In this document: positions 59,906 to 64,000 of the stretch, piece by piece
Layout: every line of letters starts with the position of its first letter
Numbering within the stretch: position 1 is the stretch's first letter
DNA from: Octopus sinensis
Lineage: Eukaryota
Direction: 5' to 3'
DNA: 64,000 nucleotides
NCBI RefSeq assembly: GCF_006345805.1
Contig: NC_043001.1
Span: 66,464,001-66,528,000 of the forward strand
The notes under the pieces: model-generated
Database searches by the model: none
Seen by the model: only the letters and a program-made list of their open reading frames with translations
Told to the model about the DNA's origin: nothing
Position numbers and translations under genes: made by a program

Positions 59906-62900
59906 TCTGTATATATATAAAACTGAGAATGTGTGTCTGTCTGTCTGTCTGTGTGTTTCCCTAAAACTTGAGAACTACACAACCAATTTCATTCAAATTT
60001 TACACATGCCTTACTTAAGGTCCGGTGAGTGTCATTTTCCCTACGGCGACCCCACAGCAATATCATATCTTCTCCACTATTTCAGTATTACGTGTTAAAA
60101 GTGAAACAGAAACATCTCTCTTTTGTAATGCAGACACTTTCACTTTAATTCTGAAACTATTAAAGTGAAAGTATTATATAACAGGGATGAACTATTAACA
60201 ATGGTCATCCATTTTGCTAGAAGAAGATCCCCTATGGTCTTATGTGCTACACCATTGGTTTTCAATTCATATTAATCAAATTAATATTCAATTTTTCACC
60301 CTTATTATGTGTGTGTGTGTGTGTGTATTAGCAATTAGTATAAAATTGCATCAATGACTTGAACTTGAATAAGTGGTTTCACATAAATGGGGATAAATTA
60401 AAAAGGTTTGTTGTTATTATTATTACTGTTTGACTATTGTAATCACATTTGTTGGTTCCTCGTCAGGGAAACGTTGTTGTGTTGCATTTGTTAAATAATT
60501 GTAAACCATAACCCTCCTCCTTTCGGAGAAGGGGCTTTGGTTATTGTTTAAAAATTGAATTGTGTCCCTGTTTGGGGAAACTGACAATATTTTCACCGTC
60601 TTTATGGAAGCATTTTTGTTAAAATGTCCTCGATAGAAGAAAGTCCAAAAATGAATTTCGCTGCAGCCGTACATTTCTATACAAGAGGGAGGACAAGATC
60701 CAATTGATCGAAATTGCAAGAGACGGGCCTACAATTCCAGTCTGTTATATATTTTGAGTATTGTTATCACTAGCGATATCAAGATATAACTTTGTATTTT
60801 GTATTTTATGTGTAGATGTATATATATAGATGTACATGTAATATGTTCACATATATATACACATATATACATGCATAATATATCTACCCATACACACATA
60901 TGCACACACACACACACATACATAAGGGCAGGTGTGGCTGTGTGGTAACAAACTACGTTCTAAACGCATGGTCCTGGGTTCAATCCCACTGTGTGGTGAC
61001 TTGGCATGTGTCTTCTGCTGTAGCCTCAGACCAACAAAAGCCTTCTCAGTGGATTTTGTACATATATACAGGCATACATACATATATATACTTGCATACG
61101 TACATATTCGGCATAAACACTCTACCACTACAACTAATAACTGTTGGGAACACTTTCAAACCTACCTTACATTCAAACCGGAATCTCAACGCCCGAGTTT
61201 TCCATCTGAAGTTAATCTCTCTCATGGAGCTCATACAAAAAGGGCAAGTCTTTGGGCCCATACAATGTGACATGTACACAATCGAGTGGCAAAAAGTACA
61301 AGCTCATATCCTGCTTTGGCTCTCAGTGAAGATCAATTCCAACGACATCGACAAGATAATCTCTACAGAGCTTCCTGATCCAGCTTTAGACAAATAACTA
61401 TACGAAATAGTTAAAGCAAACATGGTACATGGTCCATGTGGGCATGGATTCAATATAAACACACCATGCTTGGAGGACAGCATATGTTCAAAAAGATTTC
61501 CAAAGAGGTTCCTACAAGAAACTCAGACAGGTGCTGATGGGTATCCATCATACAGAAGCAGAAAACCAGAAGACGGAGGTTTCACAGCAACTATCGGACA
61601 GCATGATATTGATAATAGATAGATTGTTCCATACTGCCCACTCCTGACAAAGACTTTCAATGCCCACATCAACGTTGAGTTTTGCAACTCCATTAAATCC
61701 ATTAAGTACGTTTGCAAATATGTAAACAAGGGTTCTGACGCTGCAATGTTTGGACTTCAACAAGAATACTGCCAGGATGAGATGACACATTATCAGGTGG
61801 GACGGTACATAAGTTGCAATGAGGCTTTCTGGCGCATCTTTAGCTTTCCAATACACCAACAACACCCCGCCATTCAACAGCTTGCAATGCACCTGGAAAA
61901 TGGTCAAAGAGTGTACTTCGCTGATGCTAATGCTTCTCTGTTGGCAGAGGAACCAAGGGATAGCACACTCACTGCATTCTTCAAGCTTTGTCAAGTGGAT
62001 CCATTTGCTCAAATCTTGCTGTATCCACAGATTCCATCGTACTACACTTGGAATGGAAAAAAATGGGCCCCATGGAAAGCAGGTCAAAATGTTCATGGAT
62101 ACCCTGGCATTAAGTTTCACACTTTCCTTGGGCGTGTATACACAGTGCATCCCACTCAACAAGAGTGCTTCTACTTTTGTCTACTACTGCATGAGGTCAG
62201 AGGGCCAACGTCTTTCCAGGCCCTAAAAACCGTTCATGAACATGTCTGTACAACATACAGAGAAGCCTGCTATCGACAAGGTCTGTTAAGAAGATGGTGC
62301 ACAATGGGATGCAACTATAGGATAGGCTGCTTTATCACAATCACCTAAAAGTCTCAGGGCACTATTTGCAGTATTACTACAGGCATGCAAACTGTGTGAT
62401 CCGGCCACTCTATGACTCAAATATAGAGACAATCTGGCTGAAGACTTTCAGCGCCAAGCTCAACTGCTCTATCCTGACATGGAGGGTATCAGCAATGAAA
62501 TCTATAACAAAACACTCATTGACATTGAAGACAGAATTGCTAATCTGGGTGGAAATGAATTGTCGACGTATAGCCTGCCACAAGCATTCAGGTCAGGGTC
62601 AAATAGCCTTCTCAGTGCTGTCATTCGTGAAAAAACCTACGACACTCAAGGGCTTTCAAAGTATATTGTTGAAAATGAGCCTAAATTACTTCTGGACCAG
62701 CTGCAGGCCTACAGAACTATTCTTAACAGTGTACGCCAACGCGAGGGACGAATCTTCTTCCTTGATGCTCCTGGAGGGACAGGAAAAACATTTATTACAA
62801 AGCTTCTCCTTGCAGAAGTTAGGCAGCATCAGGACATTGCAGTAGCTGTAGCCTCCTCTGGCATTGCAGCTACTTTATTACCCGGTGTCAGGACAGCACA

Positions 62901-63847
62901 CTCAACTTTTAAACTCCCTCTCAATTTAGCAGCATCCGAAATGCCTTCATGCAACATCAACAAAAGCTCAGATCAGGGACAAGTACTTAAAATGTGTCAT
63001 CTAATTGTCTGGGATGAGTGCACTATGGCTCACAAGGGAGCTTTGGAAGCATTAGATAGAGCCTTGAAAGACATCTGAGACTGTCAGGCTCCAATGGGAG
63101 GTGTAACGCTTCTGTTGTCAGGTGATTTCAGGCAAACTCTTCCTGTCATTCAGATGAAGTCCAAGCATGCCTAAAGTCCTCTACCCTGTGGCATCATGTT
63201 ACAATCCTCAGTCTCACCACTAACATGAGAGCTCAGCTACACGGCAACAAAATGTCCACAAAGTTTGCACAGGACATTTTGACACTTAGTGATGGCAAGA
63301 TGTCTGTCGATGCTGCAGGACAAATGGAAGTGTGGTCATTTTCCTCTGTTGTTAATTCTGTAGATGACCTCAAAAACAAAGTCTTTCCCAACTTCACACA
63401 AAACTACCAAAATCACAATTGGCTGTGTGAAAGAGCAATATTAGTTCCAAAAGACGTTGCTGTTAACAAAATTAATCAACAGCTAATGCATTCTCTTCCC
63501 GGCACTATACACACTTACAAGTCTGTTGATACAATTCCAGATATAAATGAAGTTGTGAACTATCCTCCTGAATTTCTCAATTCACTGGAGCCTCCTGGAC
63601 TACCTCCACACATATTAGCACTTAAAGTTCAGAAGACTGCAATTCTCCCTTCGTGTCAGCTTTGCCATGCCCATTAACAAATCTCAGGGTCAGACCCTCT
63701 CTGTAGCTGGTCTTTTCTTGGAAGAGCCCTGCTTCTCGCATGGGCAACTGTATGGTGGCTGCTCAAGAGTAGGAACCAAAAGAAACCTTTTTGTATATGC
63801 TCCACAAGGAAAAACAAGGAACATTGTTTACAACGAGGTGTTATAAT
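59906..63847 (+). mobile_element. Helitron with decayed Rep/Helicase gene
   Basis: 5' A|TCTGTATATATATAAAACTGAG. Rep motifs YTIEWQK..AHILLWL, MVHGPCG, IKYVCKYVNKG. Pif1 motifs DAPGGTGKT, VWDECTM, GDFRQTLPV, ERAIL, NKSQGQT, FSHGQLY, stop ~63847. No 3' hairpin/CTAG found in the window. Continuity across the SINE at 60926-61085 is assumed. Confidence 0.88.
61110..63847 (+). pseudogene. RepHel (HUH replication initiator plus Pif1 helicase) pseudogene
   Basis: Collinear fragments in ORFs 61422-61622, 61746-62348, 62479-63078 and 63225-63677 with frameshifts; 5'-truncated within Rep. Confidence 0.92.
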
Positions 63848-64000
63848 CTCAACAGCCAGGAGGTATATACATGACCCCCTTTTTTTTTTAACAAGCTTCT
63901 TGTACTTTCATGTATTTATATTAATATACATATGTATGTGTGTGTGTGTGTATGTGTGTATGTATCCATATATATATAACAGAAAAGTCTAATTCTTCAA

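Overview
AT-rich, microsatellite-laden eukaryotic DNA made up almost entirely of transposable elements. The repeat set (RTE LINEs with (GAT)n tails, tRNA-derived SINEs, mariners, Penelope-like pieces, Helitrons) looks most like an octopus or other cephalopod genome; that assignment is an inference. I found no prokaryotic features, no CRISPR array and no host gene I can confidently support. Identifiable content: seven RTE LINE copies (one nearly complete ORF2, all disabled), several CR1/L2-group LINE remnants, Tx1-clade LINE pieces, three mariners, a SPIN/Charlie-type hAT remnant, a full-length decayed Ty3/Gypsy element with both LTRs and a 5-bp TSD, a RepHel Helitron plus non-autonomous relatives, Penelope-like remnants, MITEs and many SINEs. 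Main observations: (1) a very young 481-bp tandem-plus-inverted repeat at 6.3-7.5 kb carrying a canonical type I hammerhead ribozyme with a palindromic, dimer-type stem III (retrozyme/pLTR-like, possible circRNA source); (2) two further hammerhead-like motifs with a CC(G/A)ACGA core variant; (3) a Tx1-clade LINE whose two copies are flanked on both sides by (GATA)n; (4) a C4HC3 PHD finger inside RTE ORF2 and a hypervariable minisatellite in the RTE 3' UTR; (5) a Helitron family carrying a captured LINE 5'UTR/ORF1 fragment. All alignments and folds were done by eye, and boundaries of old elements are approximate.
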